DNA from: an uncultured Clostridia bacterium | GTDB taxonomy: Bacteria; Bacillota; Clostridia; Christensenellales; UBA1242 | Direction of reading: 5' to 3' | DNA length: 64,000 bases | NCBI GenBank assembly: GCA_944381135.1 | Contig: CALWJY010000001.1 | Location: forward strand, 4,378 to 68,377 | Shown: positions 40,032 through 51,790 of the stretch, piece by piece | Numbering within the stretch: the stretch's first letter is position 1 | How the letters are laid out: each line of letters starts with the position of its first letter | Program-made: the position numbers and the translations under genes | Notes under the pieces: model-generated | What the model was told of the DNA's origin: nothing | The model's database searches: none | Seen by the model: only the letters and a program-made list of their open reading frames with translations

Positions 40032-42554
40032 TTGGCACAACAATTGAACGCACTTAAAACAATAAACAACATGCAGAGAGATGGTTCTTTGCAAAATCTT
40101 TTATTGTCTATTAAGCAGTCAAGAACTGAAGTTGAAAACTTTTCAAAGCAAATTCAAGAGCAAAAATCAAAACTTCAAGCTTTGGCTTTGGCAAAAGCAA
40201 AAGAAGAAGAACAGAAGAAATTGCAAATTGAAAAAGAAAAAGTGCAGGAACAAAAAGAGCCTGCTTCAGTTTCTGTTGCCTCAGAGAAAAAAGAGGAGCC
40301 TAAGAAGCAGATTTTCTCTCAGGGAAACAACCAAAACAATAACTTCAGAAAATTTGACGGACAGAACAGTGGTGGGCGTTTCCAACAACGCGGAGGCGAC
40401 AGACAAAGAAATTTTGGCAACAATTCAAACTCCAACTTTGCCGGCAAGCCAAATGGACAGAAATTTGGGCAAAGACCTGGGCAAAACAACAATGGGCAAA
40501 ATCGACCAAAAGGTGCGGGCTCTTTTGTTTCAACAAGAGCAAACAACTTCAAATCTTTTGCTCAACCAACTGAAAGCAGTGCCGTTTTGGCAACAAACGA
40601 ACGCAATTTTGGCAACAAAAACAAACAACGCAGAAACATTGATGAAAGTAAAAAAATCAGTGCAAAACAGCGTGCAATGCAAAACAAACAAAACAACATT
40701 TTGGTGCTGGATGAGGACGGTTTTGAAGAAGAGGCAATGGGTTCAAGAAAACTTGCACGAAAGAAGAAAGAAGTGCAAACTGTTGTTGCTCCAAAAATCA
40801 CTCATGCAGTTTTAAACAGCAGAGAAATCACAGTCAAAGAACTTTCTGAAAAAATTGGAAAGCCTGTGACAGAAATTGTCAAGAAGCTGATGCTTCTTGG
40901 GGTTATGGCAACCATCAACAGCACAATTGATTTTGACACTTGCGAACTTGTTGCTGGTGACCTTGGTGTGACTCTTGAACTTAAACTTGACAAAACATTT
41001 GAAGAAAAACTTATGGATGTTTCAAACGAAGCAGACGATGAGAAAGATTTGGTGAAGAGACCTCCTGTTGTCACAGTTATGGGACATGTTGACCATGGCA
41101 AGACTTCGCTTTTGGATGCTTTCAGAAAGACCAATGTTGTTCAAGGTGAAGCGGGTGGAATCACTCAAAAAATTGGTGCATATCAAATTTCGTTTAATGG
41201 CGAAAAAATCACATTTTTGGACACTCCTGGCCATGCTGCATTCACTTCCATGCGCGCGCGTGGGGCAGAAGTGACAGACATTGCAATTTTGGTTGTTGCT
41301 GCAGATGATGGAATTATGCCTCAAACAATTGAAGCAATCAATCACATCAAGGCTGCAAATGTGCCAATGATTGTTGCAATCAACAAAATGGATAAGCCGG
41401 AGGCAAATCCAGAGCGCGTCAAACAACAACTTGCAGAGCAAGGAATTTTGCCTGAAGAGTGGGGCGGTGACGCAATTTGTGTTCCAATTTCTGCAAAAAC
41501 AGGAATGGGTCTTGACGAACTTAAGAAGATGATTCTTCTTGTTGCTGAGATGCAAGACCTCAAAGCAAATCCAAACAAAATGGCAACAGGAACAATCATT
41601 GAGGCTGAACTTGACAAAAATCGTGGTGCGGTTGCAACTGTGCTTGTTCAAAACGGAACGCTTAAGATTGGAGATTCCATCATGAGCGGAATCACATATG
41701 GAAAAGTTAAGGCAATGTTTGACGAGAATGGAAAAGCGGTCAAGAAAGCAGGGCCATCCACACCTGTGGCAGTCATGGGCTTTAACGATGTTCCAAATTC
41801 AGGTGACGCTGTCTATGCAGTTGAGGAAAGCCTTTCAAAACATGTCATCAGTGAAAGAATCAACAGAATCAAAGCAGAGCGTGCAAAACACACCTCGGGC
41901 GTGAGTGCTGATGACTTTATGAGCAGAATTCATGAGGGCAACTTGAAGAGCCTCAACATCATCATCAAGGCAGACACTCAAGGTTCTGTTGAAGCGCTTA
42001 AGGCTTCACTTGAGGCAATCAGAAATGATGAAGTTAAGGTTGTGTGCTTGCACAGTGCAGCTGGTGCAATTTCTGAGAGTGACATTGCATTGGCACAAAC
42101 AACAGGCGCGGTGCTGATTGCATTCAATTTAAAAATTCCAAACAAGACACTTCAAATGGCAGAAAATTTGAAAGTTCAAGTGATTGAATCAAAAATCATC
42201 TATGAAGTTGTTGACCAAGTGACAAGACTTTCAAAAGGCATGATGGCGAAGAAATATGAAGAGAAATATATCGGAAGTGCCGAAATCCGTGTTGTTTTCA
42301 AATTGTCAAGCGCTGGAAAAGTTGCAGGAAGCTATGTGCTTGATGGAAAAATTCAGCGAAATGCCATTGCCAAAATTAAGCGCGGAAACGAAATTATTGC
42401 TGACACAACAATTGAGAGTCTTAAGATTGTCAAGGATGAGAAGAGCGAAGTTGCCAAAGGCTTTGAATGCGGAATTAAACTCAAAGACAATGTGGACTTC
42501 CAAGAAGGCGACATTTTGGAATGCTATTTAAAACAAGAAGTTGAAAGAGATTAA
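40032..42554 (+). CDS. infB: translation initiation factor IF-2
   Basis: [28 protein letters not shown]. Start taken at TTG 40032 after AAGGAG. Confidence 0.98.
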   Translation: MAQQLNALKTINNMQRDGSLQNLLLSIKQSRTEVENFSKQIQEQKSKLQALALAKAKEEEQKKLQIEKEKVQEQKEPASVSVASEKKEEPKKQIFSQGNNQNNNFRKFDGQNSGGRFQQRGGDRQRNFGNNSNSNFAGKPNGQKFGQRPGQNNNGQNRPKGAGSFVSTRANNFKSFAQPTESSAVLATNERNFGNKNKQRRNIDESKKISAKQRAMQNKQNNILVLDEDGFEEEAMGSRKLARKKKEVQTVVAPKITHAVLNSREITVKELSEKIGKPVTEIVKKLMLLGVMATINSTIDFDTCELVAGDLGVTLELKLDKTFEEKLMDVSNEADDEKDLVKRPPVVTVMGHVDHGKTSLLDAFRKTNVVQGEAGGITQKIGAYQISFNGEKITFLDTPGHAAFTSMRARGAEVTDIAILVVAADDGIMPQTIEAINHIKAANVPMIVAINKMDKPEANPERVKQQLAEQGILPEEWGGDAICVPISAKTGMGLDELKKMILLVAEMQDLKANPNKMATGTIIEAELDKNRGAVATVLVQNGTLKIGDSIMSGITYGKVKAMFDENGKAVKKAGPSTPVAVMGFNDVPNSGDAVYAVEESLSKHVISERINRIKAERAKHTSGVSADDFMSRIHEGNLKSLNIIIKADTQGSVEALKASLEAIRNDEVKVVCLHSAAGAISESDIALAQTTGAVLIAFNLKIPNKTLQMAENLKVQVIESKIIYEVVDQVTRLSKGMMAKKYEEKYIGSAEIRVVFKLSSAGKVAGSYVLDGKIQRNAIAKIKRGNEIIADTTIESLKIVKDEKSEVAKGFECGIKLKDNVDFQEGDILECYLKQEVERD

Positions 42555-42893
42555 AAATTTAATCTCTTTTATTTTTTTGGACGCTTTCAAGGCGCAAAAG
42601 GTTTGCAAATTTTGCATTTTGTTTTTATTTTTATTTTAAATTTATTTTTATTTTAAATTTATTTTTGCTGGTTTTATTTTTTTTGCTTGTCCTTTGTTTT
42701 TTATTGATTTTCGTTAATCATTTTCATTTATTTGTATATTTCTTTTTTAATTGTATTTTCGTTTATTTTTGTTTAATTTTTCAAAAATGATTTTTATGAT
42801 TTTGCATTCAAACTTAAAATTTTTCTTAAAACACTTTGAGATAATTTGCATTTGGTGGTAAAATATAATCAAATCACAGATTTGGAGGAGAAA

Positions 42894-43259
42894 ATGAATA
42901 AGAGAATGGAACGCGCAAACAGTGAGATTAAAAGGGTGCTTATGGAAATTGTCCAAACAAAAATGAACGACCCTCGACTTAATCAAATTGTCAACATAAC
43001 AGAAGTTAATGTGACTCCGGATTTCAAATATTGCAAAGCAAAGGTCAGCGTTTTGGACTTGAAACAAATTGACGAAGTGACAAAAGTTCTTCAAAAAAGT
43101 GAAGGCTTCATCAAGAGAGAACTTGCCAAAGCGGTTGACATGCCTCAAGTGCCAAAAATCAGTTTTGTGGTTGACAAAAGCACTGAAAACGCCATCAGAG
43201 TGGAAGAAATTTTGAGGAATTTAAACATTCCAAGGGAGGAAGATAATGACCAAGAGTGA
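42894..43259 (+). CDS. rbfA: ribosome-binding factor A
   Basis: NDPRL, ITEVNVTPD, GFIKREL, VPKISF; GGAGG RBS. Confidence 0.93.
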   Translation: MNKRMERANSEIKRVLMEIVQTKMNDPRLNQIVNITEVNVTPDFKYCKAKVSVLDLKQIDEVTKVLQKSEGFIKRELAKAVDMPQVPKISFVVDKSTENAIRVEEILRNLNIPREEDNDQE

Positions 43260-44214
43260 GGTGCTTAAAACCATCAAGAAAGCAAAAAATGTTGCACTTT
43301 TTGCACACAAAAATCCTGACCCAGATGCATATGGGGCAATGTTTGCAATGCGAGAGGCGCTTGCAAGTTTTGGCGCGCATGCTGATGTTTTTGCAATTAG
43401 AAATGAGAAAAGCAATTTGGATTTAATTTTTCCACTTGATGAAGTCAAAACAAAATTCAATGCGGAAGAATATGACCTTTGCATTATGCTTGACATTTTT
43501 GCACTCAAAAGAATTAATCCAGAGTTTGTTGATGGTTTACAGAACTCAGAAAAAATCCTCATCATCGACCATCACCATGTTGGCTCGGATGAAAAGGTGG
43601 CATCAGAAAACTTTTTCATTGAACCGGAAAAATCAGCAACCTGTGAAATTTTGACAGACCTTTTCACAGAATTTAAAATTGAAATCACGCCAAAAATGGC
43701 AACATATCTTTGGGCGGGCTTAATTGGAGACACTGACAGATTTTTACATAACAATTTGTCAAAAAATGTGCTTAAAACTGCTTGCGCTCTGTTTGAACAC
43801 GGCGCCGACGCACAGTTTGTCTATGACGCGCTGTTTCGCAGTGTTTCCATGAGGCAACTTGGGCTTAACAAGGCTTTCATCAACAAATTGAAATTTTTGG
43901 AAGACGGCAAAGTTGGATATGTGATTTTCACTACGAAAGATTTGAAGAAATTGGACATCGACCGCGACAATTTATATACGCTCTATGCTGAAATAGTCAA
44001 AATACAGGGCGTTGAGGCATCATTTTTCATATCGCAAATTGATGAAAAGCACTTTAAAGTCAGCGTCAGAACAAAAGGGCTTGACTCTCTTAAAGTCAGT
44101 CACAAAATGGGCGGAGGTGGACACACTTGTGCTTCTGCTTTTGAATGCAACATGCGTTTGCCTGAAATTAAACGCGCGGTTCACTCTTGGGCGAAAACGA
44201 TCATAGAAAAGTAG
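43246..44214 (+). CDS. DHH/DHHA1 phosphoesterase (NrnA-like)
   Basis: HKNPDPDAYG, IIDHH, VSVR, GGGGH. Confidence 0.9.
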   Translation: MTKSEVLKTIKKAKNVALFAHKNPDPDAYGAMFAMREALASFGAHADVFAIRNEKSNLDLIFPLDEVKTKFNAEEYDLCIMLDIFALKRINPEFVDGLQNSEKILIIDHHHVGSDEKVASENFFIEPEKSATCEILTDLFTEFKIEITPKMATYLWAGLIGDTDRFLHNNLSKNVLKTACALFEHGADAQFVYDALFRSVSMRQLGLNKAFINKLKFLEDGKVGYVIFTTKDLKKLDIDRDNLYTLYAEIVKIQGVEASFFISQIDEKHFKVSVRTKGLDSLKVSHKMGGGGHTCASAFECNMRLPEIKRAVHSWAKTIIEK

Positions 44215-44263
44215 GAATTTATTTTTCTCATCTTGGACAGAATGCAGAAAAAAAGGAGATGCG

Positions 44264-45136
44264 ATGCTTAATTTAAATGCACAAAAGGGAAATATGAACG
44301 GAATTGTGCTTGTAAATAAACCGGCTGGCATTTCCTCGAATGCTGTTGTCAACATTGTCAAGCGGGTGCTTGGTGCAAAAAAATGCGGACATTTGGGAAC
44401 ATTGGACTTGGAGGGCGAGGGTTTGTTGCCGGTGACAGTGAATGCCGGCACAAAACTTTTTGATTTTTTTCTTGGAAAAGACAAAACCTATGAGGCGGTG
44501 TTTGAATTTGGTGTTGAGACTGACACTTTAGATTTGGCTGGGCAAGTGACAAAGCGTCAAGATTGTTCCATAACGCTTGAGCAAGTTGAACAAGTTTGCA
44601 AAGAGATGATTGGAAAATATGCTCAAATGCCTCCGCAATATTCCGCAAAAAAAGTGAATGGTCAGGTGGCATATAAGGCAGCAAGGAAAGGTGAAACGGT
44701 TGAACTTAAACCCAAAGAAATTGAAATTTTTTCTTTGAAAGTTTTAAGCGAGGTTGGACACAACATTTTCCGATTTGAAATTTCATGTTCAAGCGGAACA
44801 TACATCAGAAGTTTGTGTCGAGATATGGCACAAAAAATGTCAACATGTGGTGTTATGCATTGCATACTACGCACAAGATGTGGACAATTTTACCTCAAAA
44901 ACGCCTACACGCTTGATGAAATCAAAAATGGAAATTTCAAAATTGTTCCGTGTGAGGATGTTTTTGATTTTGCAATTTTGAAACTTGACACCGTTGAGGC
45001 GGAGAAACTTTTGAATGGGCAAACAATTTTCAAAAAGGCCTCAAACGGAACATACAGACTGTTTCAACAAAATGTTTTTCTTGGACTTGGAAAGGTTGAA
45101 AACGAGTTGTTGAAAATTTCTTTAAGACTTATTTAA
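44264..45136 (+). CDS. truB: tRNA pseudouridine(55) synthase
   Basis: NKPAGISS, GHLGTLD, QMPPQYSAKK, CSSGTYIRSL. The true start may be ATG 44294. Confidence 0.96.
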   Translation: MLNLNAQKGNMNGIVLVNKPAGISSNAVVNIVKRVLGAKKCGHLGTLDLEGEGLLPVTVNAGTKLFDFFLGKDKTYEAVFEFGVETDTLDLAGQVTKRQDCSITLEQVEQVCKEMIGKYAQMPPQYSAKKVNGQVAYKAARKGETVELKPKEIEIFSLKVLSEVGHNIFRFEISCSSGTYIRSLCRDMAQKMSTCGVMHCILRTRCGQFYLKNAYTLDEIKNGNFKIVPCEDVFDFAILKLDTVEAEKLLNGQTIFKKASNGTYRLFQQNVFLGLGKVENELLKISLRLI

Positions 45137-45150
45137 AAAATGGAGGAAAA

Positions 45151-46041
45151 ATGACCGAGGTGCTTTTTGGGCCGTCTGGCAACAGTGAATCATTCTATGC
45201 AGAAGGCTTTAAGTCAACTTTGGAGACTCCTGGGTGGCTTAAGAAGCAAGGAGAGGACTTGTTTGATGGTGGGCTTGATTTGTTTGAATACAGTTTCGGT
45301 CAAGGATATCGCATGAGCACCGAAAAGGCAGAACAAATTGGAAAAGAATTTGAAAAATATGGAATTGAAATTTCCTTGCATGCTCCATATTTCATCAATT
45401 TTGCAAATCCTGACCCACTTATGTTTGAAAAGTCATTGGGATACATCAAAACGGGAATTAAATTTATGAAAGCATTTGGGGCAAATCGAATGACTTTTCA
45501 TTCGGGCTCTTGCGGAAAAGAAACGCGAGAAAATGCAATTAAACTTTTGACAGAGCGTTTCAAAGAATTTATGCCACTTTTTGAACAAGAACTTGATGCC
45601 GACATGTTTTTGTGCCCAGAAACCATGGGCAAGCATATGCAAATTGGCACATGGAAAGAAATCATCGACCTTTGCACAATTTCAGACAAACTTATGCCAA
45701 CTTTTGACTTTGGGCACATAAATGCTTGGACGCAGGGATCACTTAAAAATGCTGAGGATTTTCAAAGAATTTTCGACTATTGCTTTGAAAAATTGGGCGA
45801 GGAACGCACAAAAAATGCGCACATTCATTTTTCGAAAATTCAATATGGCGAAAAGGGTGAAATTCGACATCTGACTTTTGAGGACGAAACATTTGGGCCG
45901 AATTTTGAACCGCTTTGCGAGGTTCTTGTCAAAAACAATCTTGCATGTCATGTGATTTGTGAGAGCAACGGAACTATGGCAGAGGACAGCGTTGAAATGA
46001 AAAAAGTCTATTTGCAACACTTGATAGAGGAAAAAGTTTGA
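45151..46041 (+). CDS. endonuclease IV-like (AP endonuclease 2) TIM-barrel protein
   Basis: HAPYFIN, ETMGK, DFGH and HIHFS metal-ligand pattern. Confidence 0.85.
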   Translation: MTEVLFGPSGNSESFYAEGFKSTLETPGWLKKQGEDLFDGGLDLFEYSFGQGYRMSTEKAEQIGKEFEKYGIEISLHAPYFINFANPDPLMFEKSLGYIKTGIKFMKAFGANRMTFHSGSCGKETRENAIKLLTERFKEFMPLFEQELDADMFLCPETMGKHMQIGTWKEIIDLCTISDKLMPTFDFGHINAWTQGSLKNAEDFQRIFDYCFEKLGEERTKNAHIHFSKIQYGEKGEIRHLTFEDETFGPNFEPLCEVLVKNNLACHVICESNGTMAEDSVEMKKVYLQHLIEEKV

Positions 46042-46243
46042 TTTTTGTTGAAACTGCATAAGAAAAGTTTGTCTTTTCTCTTGCAAAATGACATAACAGT
46101 GTGTTATAATCAATATGATTGGAGTGAAATTTTTGGCTTTTATGTGGGTTTGTGTTTAATGAACGAACTTTGAAAGAAAACATTATAGAAAAAGAAGCAA
46201 AATTTCACAAGTCGCATAAATTTTAAGACAGGAGAGTGTTATT

Positions 46244-46807
46244 ATGGTTACAGCAGGTGATTTCAGAAAAGGAACAACATTTGAAATGGATGGAGCAGTT
46301 TATAATGTCATTGACTTTTTGCATGTTAAACCGGGAAAGGGTTCTCCATTTGTTCGTGCAAAAATTAAGAATGTCATGACAGGGCAGGTGCGTGAAGACA
46401 CTTTCAACCCATCTGACAAATTTCAAGATGCAGTCATTGAAAAGAAAGAAATGCTCTATCTTTACAACGATGGCGAACTTTATTATTTCATGGACAATGA
46501 AACATACGAGCAAATGCCACTCAACAAAGACGCAGTCGCAGACGCTTTGAATTTCATTGTTGAAAACATGCCAACAACAATGTATATGTATAAGGGTGTG
46601 CCTTTTGCAGTCTATCCACCAACTTTTGTTGAACTTGAAGTTGTGGACACAGAACCGGGCATTCAAGGTGACACATCAAAAGCGTCCAAAAAACCAGCAA
46701 AACTCATCACAGGATACACCATCAACGTTCCACTTTTTGTCAACATTGGAGACATCATCCGTGTTGACACAAGAGACGGTTCCTATATGGAAAAAGTTAA
46801 CAAGTAA
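46244..46807 (+). CDS. efp: elongation factor P
   Basis: [23 protein letters not shown]. Confidence 0.98.
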   Translation: MVTAGDFRKGTTFEMDGAVYNVIDFLHVKPGKGSPFVRAKIKNVMTGQVREDTFNPSDKFQDAVIEKKEMLYLYNDGELYYFMDNETYEQMPLNKDAVADALNFIVENMPTTMYMYKGVPFAVYPPTFVELEVVDTEPGIQGDTSKASKKPAKLITGYTINVPLFVNIGDIIRVDTRDGSYMEKVNK

Positions 46808-46903
46808 GAGTTTTTGCAAGGTTTTCAATTTTGCCAAATTTAAACTTTTTGTCGAATTTAATGTATCGTAAATCAATTTGTTTGATTTAACTTATAACAA
46901 TAG

Positions 46904-46932
46904 AAAACACGGCGCAATTGTCGTGTTTTTTT
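46904..46932. terminator. bidirectional terminator
   Basis: AAAACACGGC...GTCGTGTTTT between convergent genes. Confidence 0.7.
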
Positions 46933-47004
46933 AAATTATGGTTTTTCATAATGTCTTAGATTAAGATATAATTTGTTTTATTTTTTATTGCCATTCATAA
47001 AACA

Positions 47005-48015
47005 TCATTCAGAAATTGTCTTTTTGATTTGTCTAAGCCATTTTGTCATGGTGCCGTCTTCAATCAGTTCTTTAAGCATGCCAGGGCGTATTCTTTCCAT
47101 TTTGATGACATAGGAAATTAAACTCATGACATAGTCAAAGGATTGGTCTTTGACGGAAATCTTTTTGAGTGCCTGAACATTGTCTGGAACGACAATCATT
47201 TTTTCTGGATTGTTGATTTCAAATTCGTGAAAATCTTGCACAAAGTTTTTGACATCTTCATCATAGATGACAAAAGGTTTTTGAAGAATGACATTGTCCA
47301 TCGGGGTGTCGGATGACCAATCGCCAGCAGTGTCCATATCTTTGAAAATGGCAAGATATTTCACAATTTGGTTGTTGATGTTGGTGCGCCTGAGTTCTTT
47401 TTTGAAACATGCATAGCAGAGTCCTTGATAGGTGTGTTTGCCTTCTTTTTCTTCATCGACATCAAATGTCAAAAAACCATTGATGAAATGAGCATTCATT
47501 GTGGCTTTGTTTTTGCAACGGCAATCGGTTTTGATTTCTTGCACGGAATCACTGATTTCCAAAAGGCGCTTTGAGCCCTCAAAGAGTTGTGTGTCAAAAT
47601 TTACTTTAAGTCCAAAGCAAAAAACATTGGCGTTTTCAGAAATTTTACGCAGATTTTCAACTTGTATTGTTGTGCAAAGTTGAGCATCTTCAACAACGAC
47701 AACATCAATCTTTTTGTCATGACTTTTTTCCTCAAAAAGTTCAACCAAATTGGTTTCAGCTGAAATGGAGACAACTTCAACATCTTCAAATTTTTGCAAG
47801 TCGATTTTATTTTTTGTTTTTGATTTTTTTGCAGAATTTTCGGCGTTTGCATCCGAAAGGGATTCGTGAGATTTTGCTTCAGAAAACTTGTTTTTGGCAG
47901 TTGTTTTTATGAAAAGAATTGTTGAACCTTTTTCTGCATATGTTTTGCAACATTCTTCTGCAGAATCAACAAAAGAAAATCCAACTGTTCCATATTTAAA
48001 GTTTAATTTTGCCAT
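47005..48015 (-). CDS. thymidine-kinase-like protein with degenerate P-loop, fused to a DUF6508-like C-terminal domain
   Basis: MAKLNFKYG, FCFGLKVNF, LFEGSKRLLEISD, CRC..KATMN and YQGLCYAC are TK1-family features; GGAGG RBS at ATG 48015. Confidence 0.75.
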   Translation of the reverse strand: MAKLNFKYGTVGFSFVDSAEECCKTYAEKGSTILFIKTTAKNKFSEAKSHESLSDANAENSAKKSKTKNKIDLQKFEDVEVVSISAETNLVELFEEKSHDKKIDVVVVEDAQLCTTIQVENLRKISENANVFCFGLKVNFDTQLFEGSKRLLEISDSVQEIKTDCRCKNKATMNAHFINGFLTFDVDEEKEGKHTYQGLCYACFKKELRRTNINNQIVKYLAIFKDMDTAGDWSSDTPMDNVILQKPFVIYDEDVKNFVQDFHEFEINNPEKMIVVPDNVQALKKISVKDQSFDYVMSLISYVIKMERIRPGMLKELIEDGTMTKWLRQIKKTISE

Positions 48016-48245
48016 TTTGACCTCCATAAAGTTGAATTTGCGCAAAACAGGCGATGGGCTGAAATTTAAATGCAAACCTTTCACCAATTGCAAAAGCAAC
48101 ATTCATGCTTTCAGACATATGATATCAAATTCTGCATAAAAATCAAAATGAATAACAAATTTTGCGAGTTTTATTTGGAAAAAGTTTGTTTTTGATGTTA
48201 AAATTGTTATGAAAATTTTTATTTGTTCATCAAGGAGATTTTGGC

Positions 48246-50051
48246 TTGAAAGATTTAAGTTTAATCAGAAATTTTTGCATAATTGCACATATCGACCATG
48301 GGAAAAGCACTCTTGCGGACAGATTAATTGAAATGACGGGGACTGTTTCTAAGCGCGACATGCAAGATCAAATTTTGGACAGTATGGAACTTGAGCGTGA
48401 AAAGGGAATCACAATCAAACTTGCTCCAACGCGTCTTGTTTATGAATATGCTGGAAAGGAATACATCCTCAATTTGATTGACACACCTGGTCATGTGGAC
48501 TTCACATATGAAGTTTCGCGCTCGCTTGCAGCATGCGAGGGGGCATTGCTTTTGGTTGATGCGTCTCAAGGTGTTGAAGCGCAAACACTTGCAAACACCT
48601 ATTTGGCACTTGACAACAATTTGGAAATTGTGCCTGTCATCAACAAAATTGATTTGCCGTCAGCACGAGTTGATGAAGTTAAGGCTGAAATTGAAGAGGT
48701 GATTGGGCTTGATGCCGAAAATTGTCCGTGCATTTCGGCAAAAGATGGATTGAACATCGACCAAGTTTTGCGTGCTGTTGTGGAGCAAATTCCTGCACCA
48801 AGTGGAGATGAGAATAAACCGCTCAAAGCGCTGATTTTTGACAGCCATTATGACAATTTCAAGGGCGCAATTTGTCTCATCAGGGTTTTTGACGGGTCGG
48901 TGAAGCGCGGAGACCGCATTTTGATGATGCGCACAGGCAAAATTTTTGAGGCGACCGAGGTTGGAATTTTTGTTCCAAACACAAAAGAAACGGCTGTGCT
49001 TTCGGCAGGAGATGTTGGATATATTGCGGCTTCAATCAAAACAATTTCAGATGTGCGTGTTGGTGACACGGTCACACTTGCTGACAATCCAATTTCGGAA
49101 GCGCTTCCGGGTTATAAAGAAGTTCAACCTGTTGTTTTTTGCGGAATTTTTACTGTGGATGGCGCAAAATATGACGAACTTAAAGACAGTTTGGAAAAAT
49201 TGAAACTCAACGATGCAAGTCTGCAATTTTCGCCTGAGGTTTCATCTGCGCTTGGTTTTGGTTTCAGATGTGGTTTTTTAGGACTTTTGCACTTGGAAAT
49301 CATCACGGAAAGGTTGGAGCGCGAGTTTAATTTGGACATCATCACCACAGCGCCAAGTGTGTCGTATGTTGTACATAAAACAAATGGCGAAGTGCTTGAA
49401 ATTTCAAATCCATCAAATTTTCCATCGGCGGTTGAGATTTCGCGCATTGAAGAGCCAATTGTGAATGTCAGCGTCTTCACTCCACCAGAGTATGTTGGTG
49501 CAATTATGGACTTGTGTCAAGAAAAACGCGGAATTTATAAAGACATGCAATATATCGACAAGCGCCGTGTTGAGATGAAATATGTTATGCCACTTGGTGA
49601 AATCATCTATGACTTTTTTGACAGTTTGAAGTCCCGGACAAAGGGATATGCAAGTTTTGACTATGAGTTTGCAGGAACGGCACCTGCAGATTTGGTTAAG
49701 GTTGACCTTTTGTTAAACGGCGAAAAGTGTGACGCATTGTCACTTATTGTGCATAAGGACAAGGCATATTCTCGAGGAAGAGAGTTGACCGAACGTCTGA
49801 AAAAAATCATTCCACGTCAACTTTTCGAAGTGCCAATTCAGGCATGCATTGGAAACAAAATCATTGCGCGCGAAACCATTTCGGCAATGCGCAAGGATGT
49901 GCTTGCAAAGTGCTATGGAGGCGACATCACCAGAAAGCGCAAACTTTTGGAGAAGCAGAAGGAAGGGAAGAAGCGTATGCGAAAAATTGGCTCAGTTGAA
50001 ATTCCGTCTGAGGCTTTCATGAGCATTTTGAAACTTGATGACAATAAATGA
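48246..50051 (+). CDS. lepA: elongation factor 4 (LepA)
   Basis: [49 protein letters not shown]. Confidence 0.99.
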   Translation: MKDLSLIRNFCIIAHIDHGKSTLADRLIEMTGTVSKRDMQDQILDSMELEREKGITIKLAPTRLVYEYAGKEYILNLIDTPGHVDFTYEVSRSLAACEGALLLVDASQGVEAQTLANTYLALDNNLEIVPVINKIDLPSARVDEVKAEIEEVIGLDAENCPCISAKDGLNIDQVLRAVVEQIPAPSGDENKPLKALIFDSHYDNFKGAICLIRVFDGSVKRGDRILMMRTGKIFEATEVGIFVPNTKETAVLSAGDVGYIAASIKTISDVRVGDTVTLADNPISEALPGYKEVQPVVFCGIFTVDGAKYDELKDSLEKLKLNDASLQFSPEVSSALGFGFRCGFLGLLHLEIITERLEREFNLDIITTAPSVSYVVHKTNGEVLEISNPSNFPSAVEISRIEEPIVNVSVFTPPEYVGAIMDLCQEKRGIYKDMQYIDKRRVEMKYVMPLGEIIYDFFDSLKSRTKGYASFDYEFAGTAPADLVKVDLLLNGEKCDALSLIVHKDKAYSRGRELTERLKKIIPRQLFEVPIQACIGNKIIARETISAMRKDVLAKCYGGDITRKRKLLEKQKEGKKRMRKIGSVEIPSEAFMSILKLDDNK

Positions 50052-50236
50052 TTTGTTTCATAAAATCTTCAATGTTCAGAGGTTCAAATTATGCAGTTTA
50101 TTCAAATTGTGCGACTTATGAAATTGATTTATGTCATATTGATTGGATGCGAAGAAAAAGAAAGTAAATGGAAATTCATTAAATAAATTCAAAAAAAGTT
50201 GAAAAAAGCTGAAAAAGAGGCTGAAAAAACGAAAAC

Positions 50237-51331
50237 ATGCAAGAAAAACCAATTTCAATTTATGTTCACATACCTTTTTGTGAGAAAAAGTGCGCCTATT
50301 GCGCATTTAATTCTTTTTGTGCCTCAGAAAAGCAAAAAGAGGAATGTCTTGACTTTTTGTGCAAAGAAATTGCATCCAGAAAAGTTGCTCGACCTGTTGC
50401 AACAATTTATGTTGGAGGTGGGACGCCAAGCGTCTTAACAGAAGAGCAAATTGAGCGTGTTGCAAACGCGATTTATGACAATTTTGATGTTTATGAAGAT
50501 GCCGAATTCACAATTGAAGCAAATCCAAATTCCATAACAGAAAATTTGCTCAAGAAATGGAAAAGTTTGAGAGTGAACCGTCTAAGCATTGGCGTTCAGA
50601 CTTTAAACGAGCGCTCACTTAAACAAATTGGCAGACTGCATGACAGAAAAACTGCGCTTGAAAAAGTGAAGTTGGCAAGAAAATTTTTTGCAAATGTCTC
50701 TTGCGATTTGATTATTGGTCTGGAGGGGCAAACCGAGAAAGATTTGTGTAGGGACGCAAAAACACTTTTGGAACTTGGAGTGAAACACATTTCGTGCTAT
50801 CTTTTGGAGGTCTATGAAAACACTCCGCTTGCACGCATGATTGCAAATGGCAAGTTTTTACCGCTTGATGAAGAGCAAACCATTTCTGCGTTCAACAAAT
50901 TGGCAACTTTTCTGCAAGATGAGGGGATGACTCGCTATGAAATCAGCAACTTTGCTTTTGATGGTTGGGAAAGCAGACACAACTTGAATTATTGGGCGCG
51001 AGGAGAATATCTTGGTTTTGGTTTGTCGGCTCATTCATTTTTAAATGGGAAGCGTTTTCAGAATGCAGAAACGCTGGAAAAATATTCCAATGGAGAGGTT
51101 GTTGAAGAAAATCTTTCGGCAAAAGAAGAGGATGAAGAAAGGGTTATGTTGGGGTTGAGGTGCAATCTTGGAGTTGACTTGTCAACCATTCAAACATATG
51201 ACATCACCCAAAATGCATATTTTGATGAATATCTCTCTCAAGGAATTTTGCAAAGAAAAGGAGACCGACTTTTTCTTAACCCACTTTTTTGGCATGTCAG
51301 CAACACAATCATTTCCAATCTTCTTCCATAG
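50237..51331 (+). CDS. hemW: radical SAM heme chaperone HemW (HemN-like)
   Basis: YVHIPFCEKKCAYC, GGGTPS, YEISNF, HNLNYW; follows lepA. Confidence 0.9.
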   Translation: MQEKPISIYVHIPFCEKKCAYCAFNSFCASEKQKEECLDFLCKEIASRKVARPVATIYVGGGTPSVLTEEQIERVANAIYDNFDVYEDAEFTIEANPNSITENLLKKWKSLRVNRLSIGVQTLNERSLKQIGRLHDRKTALEKVKLARKFFANVSCDLIIGLEGQTEKDLCRDAKTLLELGVKHISCYLLEVYENTPLARMIANGKFLPLDEEQTISAFNKLATFLQDEGMTRYEISNFAFDGWESRHNLNYWARGEYLGFGLSAHSFLNGKRFQNAETLEKYSNGEVVEENLSAKEEDEERVMLGLRCNLGVDLSTIQTYDITQNAYFDEYLSQGILQRKGDRLFLNPLFWHVSNTIISNLLP

Positions 51332-51457
51332 AGGAGAATTTTTTCTTAAATGTTTTATTCGGTTTTTAAAAAAAATCATAAAAATGATTGCATTTTTCGT
51401 TTTGTTGTGATATAATCAAAATGTCAAGTGAAAATACTTGATTTGTTTGAGGTGAAC

Positions 51458-51790
51458 ATGCCAAAAATTGAACTTGAAAATTTTGTGGAATATGGTCAAC
51501 TGTTTGAAATTTATGGCAAACTTCTAAGTTTTGACAGGCAAAAAATTTGTGAGGAATATTTTTCTTTCAACATGACAATTGCCGAAATTTCGGATGAGAA
51601 AAAAATTTCAAGACAGGCAGTTTTTGACGCAATTCACAAATCTTGCGAAAAATTGGAGGAGTTTGAAAAAACTCTTGGCATTTTGCAAAACAGAAGAAAA
51701 CTGACAGATCAACTTGAGACTATTGCTGTTTTGGCACAAGATTCACCAAAAATCAAAGAAAAAGTCGAAAAAATTTTAAAGGAAATCTAA
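51458..51790 (+). CDS. ylxM: YlxM family DNA-binding protein
   Basis: LFEIYGKLL, EIS..ISRQAVFD HTH; directly upstream of ffh. Confidence 0.88.
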   Translation: MPKIELENFVEYGQLFEIYGKLLSFDRQKICEEYFSFNMTIAEISDEKKISRQAVFDAIHKSCEKLEEFEKTLGILQNRRKLTDQLETIAVLAQDSPKIKEKVEKILKEI

